DNA of 64,000 nucleotides, from contig CM120642.1 in assembly GCA_051362555.1 (NCBI GenBank), forward strand, positions 26,102,001-26,166,000, read 5' to 3'. The position numbers and the translations under genes are program-made. Within the stretch, counting starts at the first letter, position 1. Each line of letters begins with the position of its first letter. Under the pieces are notes generated by a model that worked only from the letters and a program-made list of their open reading frames with translations, searched no databases and had not been told where the DNA came from. The DNA comes from Lingula anatina. Lineage: Eukaryota > Animalia > Brachiopoda. Shown one piece after another: positions 11,960 through 24,000 of this stretch.

Positions 11960-14900
11960 TTGGCACACCCATATCCTGGTTGTACTACTGGGACTCTGAA
12001 TAGTTTTCCGCTCGGAGCACAAACACAAAGCTTGTAGGTGAGTTGTCCAGGGTCTCCTCGTCTCGGGTATAGAAAACTATTCACTTGATCCAAGTAAACT
12101 CCCTCCTTTCCATCTAAGGTTATTTTTCCTCTCTAAAAAAGAAAAATATAATTGGCAAAGAATTTTAAAAAATCAAAATCAACAGAGAGTGTAAATTTTC
12201 CAATGTTTTTCTGCCAAATTTTTCACCATTTCAGTTCAAAATATGTCGTATTGATTTGGCAAACATCCCCTAAAACTTTGGCTAAGAGAATTGTAATTCT
12301 GGACCAAGCTCAGCAATATATTTTAAAATAATAATTTCATTGTCATATTTATAATTATACAGGTAAAAAATGAAAATTAATACGATCTGCTCATAACTCA
12401 TTTAAACTAGTTTAATAAAATAAACCTTTGGATTGAGCACTATGTCACCCCCAGCTGTTGCCTTGAAACTCTTGCCATCTGCAGTTAAAAATTGGGCTCC
12501 ACTGAAGGTAAGGTTGGTGGTTGACTCGATGTTCAAGTCTTGATCTATTGCTGAGCTTATCTGAAAGATTTTAAGAACATGACAAAATAAATTATAATGA
12601 TCTTTGTTTTGCTGATACTCATGTATTACATGTGTCTTTTCATAGGGCAAACAAATAAGTAAAAGTTAAATAAAATACCTGCAGACTGTCATGAGATAGA
12701 AAGTAAAACAAGAAATGGTTATGGACATACCTCATTTTGAATCGCTTAAGGTAGATCGGTCGTTACATGTTCCAACATTTGAATTTTTTTTAAAAAAATT
12801 TTGTTTGAAGAGACACCCAAGTACATTAAAAATTTGCAAAAAAAATTGGGGGTCACCGACAAAATAAGAGAACTAGGCCCAAATATGATACACCCTGCAT
12901 ATCGCACTAGTCCCCATTCAAATCAATGGGAAAATGGGTGTTTTTTCAATAAAGCATTATTTTTTATGACTTTCTGATGTTCGAATTTTTTAAAAAATTT
13001 TTTTGTGTAAAGAGGCCTCCAAGTACATTTAAATTTTGCCAAAAAAATTGGGGGTCACCGACCAAATAAGAGAACTACGCCAAGTTGAAGTGCATTACAC
13101 CTTGCGTGATGCACTAGTCCCCATTCAAATCAATGGGCAAATGGGTGTTTTTCACCAAAACGTTATTTTTTATGATTTTTCTAAAGTTTGAATTTAAAAA
13201 AAAAACTTTTTGTGTGAAGAGGCATCCAAGTTGATTTAAATTTTGCCAAAAAAAAATGGGGGTCACCGATCAAATAAGAGAACTACGCCAAGTTGAAGTG
13301 CGTTACACCCTGTGTGACGCACTAGTCGGAAGTCCCCATTCAAATCAATGGGAAAATGGGTGTTTTTGCACTAAATCGTTATTTTTATTTTATTTTATTA
13401 TTTTTTTTAATTTGTGTCTGTGTGTGTGGAGAGACATCTAAGTACATTAAAAACTTTCATTATGTTTAACAGTTGAAGTGAGTATACTCAGCTATTTTCA
13501 GATTTGTCATACTGATGCGAAGGTGTAAGCCATTAACTTAACAACCAAATTATTGAAGAGAGTAATAAGGGAAATACTCATGCATATGAAAATAGTTCAT
13601 TGCCGTTGTTATTTATTTATGAATATAACATGAACGTGACATCGTAAACACTGTGTTGTCAAGTAAAATAAAGCGTCTGATACAAAGTATCAAATGCGGC
13701 ATTCACGTGCTTGCTTGCGGTGCGTTCAGTACACTTTGTTTACACTGACACTGACAAGTAGAGGTCAGAAGTGCACAATTTTTTCTGTATAATATAACGC
13801 AGTTTCAATTTTGATTAGTGAATTTTCTTCAAGCTGTATGGCCATTTTCTGAACATTTGTATAAGCTACGAAATATTTCTCAGTCCAAATTTCTCTAAGT
13901 CCAAATGAGTGGCGTTCTGACGCACTTCCGGTTTTTGTCGAAATCTAAGCTACGGTTTGCAGTACATTCAGGGCGTTCTACCTCAAAATGTACGCAGCCA
14001 CTTTGATTGGAATTTACAACACTTATTCTTTACATGATATAGCACCTATGTGCATAATTTGTGAGCTTTAGCTGTCATACTTTTTCTAGTGCCAATTCAA
14101 ATTGGAAAAGGAGCGATTTCTTGAAGGGCAAGTCTATGAACGTGCTACAGTTGTCGTATGGAATCATAGTCGACAAATGTTGTCGAAAATCTGTATCGAT
14201 CATACAGAGTTACAGACAAGTTGATAATGTATGTTTATCTTATAGATAATTGTTTTATTTCCTCAAATTGATAAAACAGACTGAAGTGTCGTTAGAGACG
14301 ATTGACGATGCGCTAAAATTGCGCAAATCGTCAAATTACGTAACGACCGATCTACCTTAATTTTATACATATTCCTTAAAGATAAAAATAGCACAGAGAC
14401 TGACCTCAAAACACTACTATATAACAATTATGCATAGACTGATTCAGCATGAAAAATAAATGACATAAAACAGAAATTGTATTCATATATAAATTCTACC
14501 TTATTTGTGAGTACTTCTGCAGTTTCCATGTGTTTAAATGGGTGTGAGAATCCTTTTTTGAAATCTGTGGAGAACAGGACCTTGCCCGTTTGTGGGTGGA
14601 TAATTTTAAAAGCATCCTTCACAACAATCCTTGTAACATGAGGCAGGACATTCACTGTAAAAAAAAAATTAAATAAATCTAAATTAAATGACAAAAACTA
14701 AGAGTTAAAAGCAAATCATCATTTCAGAATCACTTCAGACTTAACACAATAATGGATATTTTTAAAAGATGTTCAAAACAGTCTTTTTTAAGTAAAAAAA
14801 AAAATTTCCTATGGATTTCACCTTTTTTTATAAAACAAAATTGTAATTATAGACTTGAAGCCTTTGTATCACTACTTCATGCTCCTCACCTGAAGAAACA

Positions 14901-16382
14901 TTGCCAGCTACCATCATGTGGATCTGAAAGTTGAAAAGACTGATTTTTGTTTTGCAAAATAAGAAAAGATAAAGAAAAGACAAAAAGGCTGGCACATTTT
15001 GAGCCATTCAACAGATGCAGATTCAAAGAAGTCCAAGTAAGAAAGCAGGCTACACAGAAAAGAAATTTTGGAAATTTCAACAAATTGAATGGTCTATCCA
15101 AAAAATATGTAAAATATAAGTACACTAAATGAAGATTAAACTATTTTATTTAGTGCATTAAAAATTGTCACTAAGATTCCAAGCTTTTCATCAACCACTG
15201 ACTTATGTATATAATACACTGTTATTGGGGAAAATAAGGCTTTGCATTTTGACCTTGTCAATGCTGAATTTCAAAAACAAAAAATTTTATCAAAGTTAAT
15301 GTACATGAAAAGTCAGAGCTTTCATTGTCCTTTTCATGCAACTTCAAAAGGTGTGGTGTTTTTCTATTTACCTTTCACTAATCTACTTACAGGCTGATTT
15401 TCTCCAGTCACTGCAAGGTCCTGAAAACTGGTTACTCTGCTACTTCCATTCAGAAATACTGCTCCCATGTCGGCATCCGTGAGGAACCTCAGCACTAAAC
15501 TGGGAGAAATGAACTCCATTCCAGCAATACCAGTGTGGGAGATCCTCAATAGACTTAGGATGACTATTGTCACCTAGAACAGAAGTTTTGAGAATAGGAA
15601 AAGTGCTCATCTGATATAAAAAATTCAGAGTTTAGACATATGGTAACAAAAATTCATTTTAAGAATGTGTTAATGACAAATGATTTTATTTCAAATTGTA
15701 ATCTATCAATAATGTCACCTACACTTTATCATCAACTGAATATACAGTGCAAAATCTGAAAGACAATACCATGCATTTTCCTTGGTTTGCTTTTAACATA
15801 CTGTAATATAAACCTTTCTTTAATAGTTCTGAATACAGTAATATTTTTGCTCAAAATCCACCAAGTAATACTTACAACTAAATTTCCAAGAACCATCAAG
15901 AGCAATAGAATCAAGAAAGCATAAAATACATATCTCTTCCTTCCCCTCAGGCCTGTCTTGTGCAGGTGTTCTTCATTTACATGAACATACCCTACAAGCA
16001 AAAAGAAAATGTTCATTTCTACAATGTTCATATCATGTGCATAAAATCTCATAATAAATGCCTATGACTGGTTGATTGAAACAAAACCAGTGACATTTCC
16101 TCACAATGAGACTGTAAGAAACAACTAGTTTTATAGCAGGGCAATACAGAAGAAAGGGAAACAGTAAATGGATTTACAAACTGAGTTTTAAAATCTTAAA
16201 TCTGGTACAGTCCGTTGAACTTAATAACCCACATAAAGAACTGCACATTTACCAGCCCTGAAATTACTGCTGTGTTCCTTATTGACTCTACGCTTTAATA
16301 GTGACTTGTCCCTCATGGACATCCTGATGTGGCTTGGCTGCAGAGAATAATAGGAAGTACTCTGTGTTGCACCATCTGCCAT
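11926..16382 (-). CDS. SGCB: Beta-sarcoglycan
   Basis: Phase-consistent exons (minus): 16382-16253, 15991-15876, 15573-15391, 14923-14890, 14654-14500, 12560-12426, 12132-11926 (TGA). Motifs SMRDKSLLKRRVNKEHSSNFRAGYVHVNEEHLHKTGLRGRKR, a single TM helix, HPQTGKVLFSTDF and the C-terminal YKLCVCAPSGKLFRV...GC...NPC match beta-sarcoglycan. Confidence 0.93.
12750..14356. mobile_element. Non-autonomous TIR DNA transposon, Kolobok-like (TTAA TSD), in SGCB intron
   Basis: Perfect 17-bp TIR ggtagatcggtcgttac (12750-12766) / gtaacgaccgatctacc (14340-14356), flanked by TTAA at 12746-12749 and 14357-14360. GG termini fit Kolobok better than piggyBac (CC). No transposase ORF. Confidence 0.8.
12778..13460. 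repeat. About 3.3 copies of a ~205-bp tandem repeat inside the Kolobok-like element
   Basis: ggggtcaccga..aaataagagaacta recurs at ~12849, ~13051 and ~13259; each unit contains the hairpin cccattcaaatcaatggg. Confidence 0.85.
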
Positions 16383-16775
16383 TTTCACAAATGCTACTTG
16401 TTGCCACAATTCTGAAAATAGAAGTTAATATGAAAAATAAACCATGTTTTACAAAATTCTCAATACATCAAAATATTTTTGTAAAATTATTTTATCAATT
16501 TCCCAAATCTAGTTCAAGGAAAGACATTTAATGTGCAGAAACCAAGTATTTTGTACATTTGTGTCTAATATAAAGATTAAAGCATCCATTACATGTGAAG
16601 CTTGCTGTCTGTCGATTTGGTGCCAGCATTTATTTATCTAAAACATTTCATACATGATATGATCAAGCTATACACATAAAAGCTATATACAACAATGTAT
16701 GTAAGGATAACTAGTATAGAGCGATCTCTCTAGGCGGCCTCGTTTTGGGCTCGCGCCATATTGGTAGACCGGAAA

Positions 16776-16966
16776 ATGGCGTCGAGCACGATTAACATGA
16801 GGAGAGTTAGGGTGAAAGATACGAAGACAAACGCCGTTTCAAATCAGGAAAACAACTTTCACAGTTATAAGTTAAGTCTACCTGCACCAGAAAGGAAGAG
16901 GTATGAGGACAAGTTGGGCATTATAGACGGTAAAGACCCATATGAAACTACCACATGGTCAACAGA
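16776..16966 (+). pseudogene. Truncated N-terminus of the transposon second ORF (probably the YqaJ-type exonuclease protein of ISL2EU elements)
   Basis: MASSTINM...YKLSLPAPERKRYEDKLGIIDGKDPYETTTWSTD. The Y..L....K.RY..KL..I.G.DPY pattern resembles ISL2EU partner-ORF N-termini as recalled. The coding character stops where a degenerate non-coding repeat (gctcaagaatttgaactgaatttt, also at ~17572) begins. Confidence 0.55.
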
Positions 16967-17190
16967 CGCTCAAGAATTTGAACTGAATTTTGTTTGCTTT
17001 TTTTTACTAGTCCAAGTATTACTCAGATTGTATAATTGTGGTTTTGCACAGATTAGATAGCTTTATACTTGGTGGTACTTATGCATAGACGTGTCTTGAC
17101 TCAAGAATGGGAACTTTCATTATATGTGAAATCATATTCTGTACCATGGAAATGTGATTATACTTACCAGTGTGATTTTTTTTTTCTGTG

Positions 17191-17436
17191 CTTAGGCTTC
17201 GTTCACATGCAATGTCTATTTTCTATTTTCTATTTTCGGTATGTCTTATGATCACGGTCTGTGCACTGAATATCCCGCGGCGTAATTACTGGCAGCGCGA
17301 GCCAGTTACTATAAGTTACTATAAGTAACTGGCTCGCGCTGCCAGTAATTACGCGGCGGGATATTCAGTGCACAGACCGTGATCATAAGACATACCGAAA
17401 ATAGAAAATAGACATTGCATGTGAACGAAGCCTAAG
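17191..17436. mobile_element. Near-perfect palindromic MITE-like element nested in the ISL2EU element
   Basis: cttaggcttcgttcacatgcaatgtc... is the reverse complement of ...gacattgcatgtgaacgaagcctaag over ~115-bp arms (1 mismatch, one 7-bp indel); centre agttact-ata-agttact-ata-agtaact; TA flanks ggc...gcc. Confidence 0.85.
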
Positions 17437-18291
17437 TTAGTGTCATTTTGCTTAAATGTGAGGAATTGGTCAAAATGTGAACTTGTATGTGCAATTGCAT
17501 TTAGTACTTACACTTTTTTTTTTTTTGTATTTCCAGTTCATGGATGTGATATTGTGCATAAATGTGTTAATGCTCAGGAATTTAAACTGAATTTTTATAT
17601 GTGTATATTTTTAATTAGTCATAGTAGTACCTAGAATGATGTTGTGATTTTGTACAAACTTTATATCGGAATTTTGCATTTTCCTGTCCTTTTACATTTG
17701 TAAGAAAGGTATTTGCTTTAGTTCGTTAAGTTGTAATTTTGGTGCTGGGACTGCTACATTTTTTTTATTACTGCTTGCCATAGTGTCAGACTTGAGCCCT
17801 TCCTGTAGATTTTATGATTGATTTGCCATGTTACTTGTCTTATATACAGCTGAACTGTTTAATTTTAAGTTTTATGAAGTTATATGTAAAATTTAATGAG
17901 AAATGGGTATATACCAACATCTCCACTGATGCTCAAGGGAATAATAAAATTTAATTTGCCATTTCTGTAATAAGTGCAGTATGTACAATCCCATTATGTA
18001 TTTATGTTCTGCAATACCCAGGTGTCTGCAAAAAGAAATATAAAAATGATGATGGTAATAAATGAATGAATGAATAGAAATATGTTGTTCACAAATTTTA
18101 TTTGATCTCATGACACATACCCAAGTTTAAACATTTGAGTAGCGGATGCAAATACATCCAGTGATTTTCACATAATTCTAAAGTGCTGCAAAATGACTTT
18201 CGATTGTATATCAATTTGAGATTACAAAAATGAATAACACTATATATGCTTTCTTAAAATTAACAATATTTTAAGTTCCTTACAATTTCTT

Positions 18292-20131
18292 TTAATCAAA
18301 TGGTACAACAGAATCACATAGATTTGTTAGTGCACAGCAGACTACAACTATTTTGTCAATTGTAAGAACAGCATCATTCTTTGTTGCTGAAAAATAATCA
18401 ATAGGTAACCTTGATTGTAATATAGTATACTTCTGACGAACAACTCCTATGACACGTTCAACATGAATTCTACTATTTGCTATTCTCCTTGTTTGCTCAA
18501 CATTGTGTGCTCCTAACTGTGGTTTGCCCTTGGTAAAGGCGGGAATGTACAATTTTGCACACATGCTACCCACACTATCCTGTATATCAAACCCCCTATC
18601 TGCTAAGACTACATCACCAGGCAAAAGTTTATTGAGTAAACCACAAGTTTCTGTTATGTGCTTATCACTAGCCCTGCCTCCATAGCCATCTGATATAAAG
18701 CTGACAACACCCTGCGGAGTGATACCTATCAAAAACTTTGCTGTATTGCTGTGTTTATAAGCAGACCAGGTCTCATTTCTGGCTTTAAGATTGGATGGAC
18801 ATTCCATTGGAATTTCAAAGCAATCTACAATAACAGCAACTTTAGTGTCAAAATGTTCACGAAAACTCATGGGCATTGTTTTTTGAAGTTGCTCTCTTTC
18901 TGGCCAATAAATGAGAGGCAGTGAACAAGCATACAAAACACTCAAGACATTCTGAAATATTCTAGAACCTGTTGAATCAGATATGCCAAATCTTACAGCC
19001 AAGTCTTTGTTGCCCAGATTTAATCTCAACTTCATGAGCACCAAGATCAACTGCTGAAATTTGTTTAGTATACTTTTGCGTTGAATAATAATATCTGGTT
19101 CAACGTAATCAAATAAACACTTGAGAATATGGTAATTTTGCAGCCCAGTGTAATATCTAACCAACACATCATCATTTTCAAAAAAAGCCATGTCGAATGT
19201 ACGTTTCTCATTAATTTGTTTCAGTTCTTCGTTTTCTTTTCGTAGTCTATATATTTCAGCATCTTTGGCATCATATAACTTCATGTCATCATCTGTTTGA
19301 CAAGCTGTTCCCGTCTCAGCTGGCAAGGGGTCTTCATGAAGGTCTTCTTGCGGGTCTTCTTGTGGGTCTTCTGGTGTGTCAAGTTCAGGGGCACTTTGCA
19401 ATGACAGTAATGTTTCGGCTGCATCTTGCCTCTTCCGCTTCACAGATCTCTGGACTGACCGAGTGTATCTGTCAGAGGCAGACCCAGATAGCATGCTGTC
19501 ACTTGGAGAAGTTCTACCCATGTTAACGGTTGGAGCCCAGTCAGGATTGAGATGGTCATACAATGCAGCTGGTTTATCTAGAAGACAAAAATATCTATGG
19601 GAAAAAAGATAATACACATGTCATATACTGAACCCATGAAAGAATATTTGTGTACTGAAAACGTGAAATGATTTCTGTTTTCTGATTTTTTTACTGGTAA
19701 TTACAAGCAATAATCAATTTTCACCATGATTATTTCCAATTAAGGCTATTAATCAATGCAAAATTGATCTGCATGCGGAAATAAAAAGCAAAAATGGCGT
19801 ACTATGCACTTGTCAATTATACTTGAAACAGCAAGTACATATCACACAAAATACTTAAAAGAAACGATCAAATATAAACATAACTACATTGCTTCACATA
19901 TAACTTACCCATAAAGTGATCCGAACAAACACGAATGTGTTTGTAGCTTGATTCCTTGATATCTGCTCTCCCAATATTCGCAAGCCATTTCACACGTCTC
20001 GCAAGTTAGAGTTCTTTTGTCCTGTCCCCTTGATTGGCAATGACTTTTGGCAGCCTATAGTATGACCTGTTGTTTTCCTTGTTAGCACCATGTTTGTTTG
20101 AACAGCCATATACGGCACACATCGTCGGCAT
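18292..20131 (-). pseudogene. THAP-domain / HTH / DDE_Tnp_4 (Harbinger-type) transposase with one in-frame stop
   Basis: Exon 1, 20131-19909: MPTMCAVYGCSN...YRLPKV...KEL*LARRVKWL...RVCSDHF (THAP C2CH; TAA at 20008-20006). GT-AG intron, then exon 2, 19577-18292, open, with [18 protein letters not shown] (HTH) and the catalytic motifs VIVDCFE / LADRGF / RIHVERVIG. Confidence 0.88.
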
Positions 20132-20793
20132 TTTAAAGCAAATAGTGAAAATCGACCGGTGCTACCGCTATGTTGCTTCCGACTACCAATATGGCGACGC
20201 TAGGACACGCGGGAAAAATGATGACGTCATAATTAGTTCGCTCTATATATATATATACAGATAAATATTCAGTGTGATGTACAATGAAAACCTATATAAT
20301 AACAAATATTGAATATATTATATAAGATATGCAGGTTCAGGCACATGTGCTAGTTCCCTTTGTCAGAGGTAGCAATGTGCATAAGATATAAATTGTCCCT
20401 GAGTGTTCATAATGAAATTAAAGCTCATCTATGTGAGATTTACCCGCCCAAGCGAATTTTACTTGAAAAATATTTTCTCCTACACAGAAATCATTGTTTG
20501 GCCCAGCCCTGCACTTGGACTCGATGTTTTATGATATTTTGTTCATAATTTACTTCTAGCTTGTGGAGGAGGGGGTCTAAAAAGTCTATTTCTTTGTAGA
20601 TTTGTGGAAATGATGATGAAAACGGATAACCCCAAGTCATAAGAATGAATGAATTCCTACAATTTTTAAACCCAAATAATGACACTTGACTACGTGTCTT
20701 CTACAACATGCAAAAAAGCATTAATGCAAAATAGAGCTGTAGTATTAATCTAAATAATCTACAATGCTTAAATGCATAATAATATCACGTTAC

Positions 20794-21058
20794 CTTGGAA
20801 TTTACAGTTATTTAGCAAGAGATCAAAATGTTTACATTTTTGACCGCCATATTGATATGCATTAACGGTCTCGCGAGATCAATGTAATTATTTTTAAATA
20901 TGCCTCACTTTTACAAATTAAGCATTCTTTTTACAGTTTAAATCAATTTTTGTGCACAATTATTCATTTAAAAAGTTATATGCAATTCTACTAATAGATT
21001 AAGGAAGGATTCTTGCTGTTGTCATCGTTACGCATGCGTGGCATTTAAAGCGTCGAAA
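20794..21058. promoter_or_regulatory. Putative bidirectional promoter for SGCB/SPATA18, including a probable SGCB 5'UTR exon
   Basis: Minus-strand donor (ccaag|gtaac) at ~20794; outward-facing YY1-like ATGGCG motifs (~20845 minus, 21059 plus); palindrome TCTCGCGAGA (20869-20878; BANP/ZBTB33-type motif); NRF1-like ACGCATGCGT (21030-21039); local CpG enrichment. Confidence 0.6.
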
Positions 21059-24000
21059 ATGGCGGAATCACTAAGAAGACTTGTGAACATTGCTTCCTTT
21101 AGCATTTTGCAGGAGAAATTGGAGAGATGGCTAGATGATTATCATGTAAGTTAATAACAATTAGATAGCTATCTGTTATTTCAATGCGACGTTGATTGCA
21201 TGAATGGATGGTACTTTTTGGTGCAAGTAAAGTAAGCCGTAAAGCAGGTGCCCGATCCCGTTGCTATCGACATATTGAACTTTCTTAAGAAGTACTGTAC
21301 AGTTAAGTCGAAGGAAAACAGGAAGCATATTTTAGAGCTTGCATAAGTGAATTACTGGTTGTCATATGCCACTGTAATATCTTTTAGAAACATTGATGTA
21401 TCTCTTGTACAAATTGTGGGTTGTAAGCAGAATAAGTGAATATTTTGGGAAACTTTTTTTTTTTTTTTGGAAGTGCTAGCGCTGCTACCCTGTACTAAAG
21501 CTATATTTGTAGATGTATTATGAATTAATGCCTTTCCTGCAAACTGTGGCTTGCCATCTTCAGAGGTTGAAGTGAATAAACCTGGTGTTGCGAACCAACT
21601 TACCTGATAGGGATTTTAAGTGGTGATGATGCAAATACAATGTAGCTGTGTAGAATAAGCAGGTGAAGTGAAATAATTAATACGGATTCTATATCCAAAA
21701 AATATGAAGATTAAACAAAGATCAATTACAATTAGCAAAAGAATACAGTGGCATAAATTGCCGTATCTTTTACAGCTTGTTTTTTTAGTTAAATACAGGT
21801 GAATAAACACATATATATGACTTTGACTGATATAATCAAATAAAACTAGAAATGTTAGTAACATTAATCCTACAATGAATTTCAAGCTGTTTAATTTGAA
21901 GATATATGCCTTAGCAAAGGATCTCATTAAAAACCTGTCACTAGAAATTGCAGGAAAAATGTCATGCAGTTAAGTTGGAAGCTGTGGTTGTACGTTATGA
22001 TTTGTAACTAGGGACAAAGGCTTAATCAGCCTGAAACAAGTCAATTAACAGGTTTATCATCTAAGAAATCAATTTTACAGATTTGCAAAATAAGGAAGTC
22101 TTTTGTTTCATCATTGATTTTAGTTGGTCATTTTGAATCCGTGAGTCATGCTCTGGATGTTTGCCAGTTTTGTCATCTTTATTGTTAGTGACATACAGTA
22201 ACTAAAGACAAAATAATTCCCACTTTGGAAGAGATCAAAGCTGCAGTCTGCAAACATTTGCAATTTCCTGCTAAAAATGAAAAAAAAAAATAAATGTTGA
22301 ATTATTCTTTTCTGAATTTATAATTTCCTCCTTTTGGGAGATGAGGATAGGTAGAAATCTATGAGGTACTGAGAGTGGAAGATATTTATTTTACACAAAT
22401 GCAAGCTTTGAATTTTGTTAGCAGTACCCTTAATGCCCCCACAAAAGCTGGTGGCTGCATTCCATTCATGTGAGTTTTAACAAACAGCTCTGTGATATGC
22501 AGTACAAACAATATACTGCACCTGTCAACAAATTATAAATGGGGTCTTTGTGATGTGACCTTACTCTTTCAATGAGGAATATTTATATTTTTCCAGTCTG
22601 TTTAAGCTATGGAACAAACTATATGCATAACTTTGCAGTGATCAATATATGTTTTTCCAAGTTTAGGCAAGCATTGGCTAACTTTTCCAGTAAGATAAAG
22701 ATGTAAAACCTCACTGATATGAAACATTGGCACATTGATTCATATGCCTTTTCTATTAGATAACCACAAACTTATGGTGGACACTTTCTTTTATGCTGCG
22801 GTGTGGATATGAAAATGGCTTAAAGAAAACACAGAGTTAGAAATTGATTTTGTTACTAATAACAGTCTCTTATTTCTGTGTAGCATCCATCTTCTTAGCT
22901 AAGAAAACATAAATGGTTACCAATTAGTTGAACAGTGAATTGGTTTATTGACATGGGGATCTATAGTTATATTGCATAAACATGTAGCTACAATAAGCCC
23001 AACTTTTTAAAAAGGACTACATTCTGTATTAAGTATATTTCAGAGTAGAAAGCGGTCATGTTTTTAATGTGATGGATATTTACATTTATTACTCCAAAAT
23101 CATAAATTTCATCAGCTGTTGACTGGACTTGAATATAAATGGTTCCTGCAAACAGAATTAACCTCTCCAGCACTTGCCAAACACTTACAAATGTCAAAAT
23201 GTCACAACGTTAGGGATTTAAATTTGTTTGTTTCCTAAGCCACATTGGTTACTTGGAAACACAACTGGACCACTCGGATCAAAGTGCTTTCTGGTTTTTC
23301 TACAAGTAGAGCTGAAAGCATTTTATGCATAGTCCATTTGGACCATGCAGCAATTATGTGTTATTTGAGAATAATAATATTCTTTTATCATGATAATGAA
23401 AACACCTGGATTCATTTGATCATTTAAGCATAGTTCTATAAAGTTGCCACAAATTCATGGAATGCCCATGGCATCATTCCACTGTGGACACATTTTTCTT
23501 TTTCACCTTTTTGTATGAAAGTCGTTAGAGGTTAGTTACATGAGTTTTAACTGTCATTCTGTCGAAGTGTAAGATTTCAAACGCGCAACATTTTATTATC
23601 ATATGTAAACACCTCACAAATGCAGTAGTTATCAAGATAAGTGTTTAAACAGAATGATCTTGTGCCCTCTTTTACCCCAAATTCAACATTGAGACTTCTA
23701 AGTATGTACACATTTTCTTGTTACTCCTGTTGATGCGGTTGCAAAGGATTGTACATAGTTTTCCTGGTATTAGTTTCATGGTTGATACCTTTTTAGGAGT
23801 GTATATATAAAACTTTATCCAAAAACCATCGGTTTAAAGTTGCATAGATAAAAAAGGGGACAATAAGTTAGTGAATAATATCATGACATTTAGGATATTT
23901 AGAGACTGTGGTCTATTACATATGGAAGAGAATTTTTTAAAAAATCAAGACTCATTCATTTGTTCACAATATTTATAAATGTTGAAAGCATTTTGTATCA

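Larger units (their letters stand above)
16718..20244. mobile_element. ISL2EU-type (PIF/Harbinger superfamily) DNA transposon, internally deleted, in SGCB intron 1
   Basis: Termini (AT)agagcga...tcgctct(AT); subterminal 14-bp inverted repeat cgccatattggtag (16754-16767) / ctaccaatatggcg (20183-20196); THAP+DDE transposase on the minus strand and a convergent truncated second ORF on the plus strand. Confidence 0.8.

Noticed and set aside
20006-20008. In-frame stop in the THAP exon as programmed recoding or selenocysteine
   Set aside because: The codon is TAA, not TGA, with no readthrough context; a simple nonsense mutation is more parsimonious.
20335-20355. ggcacatgtgct as a p53 site for SPATA18 (a p53 target in mammals)
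   Set aside because: Only one imperfect half-site; does not fit a paired RRRCWWGYYY.
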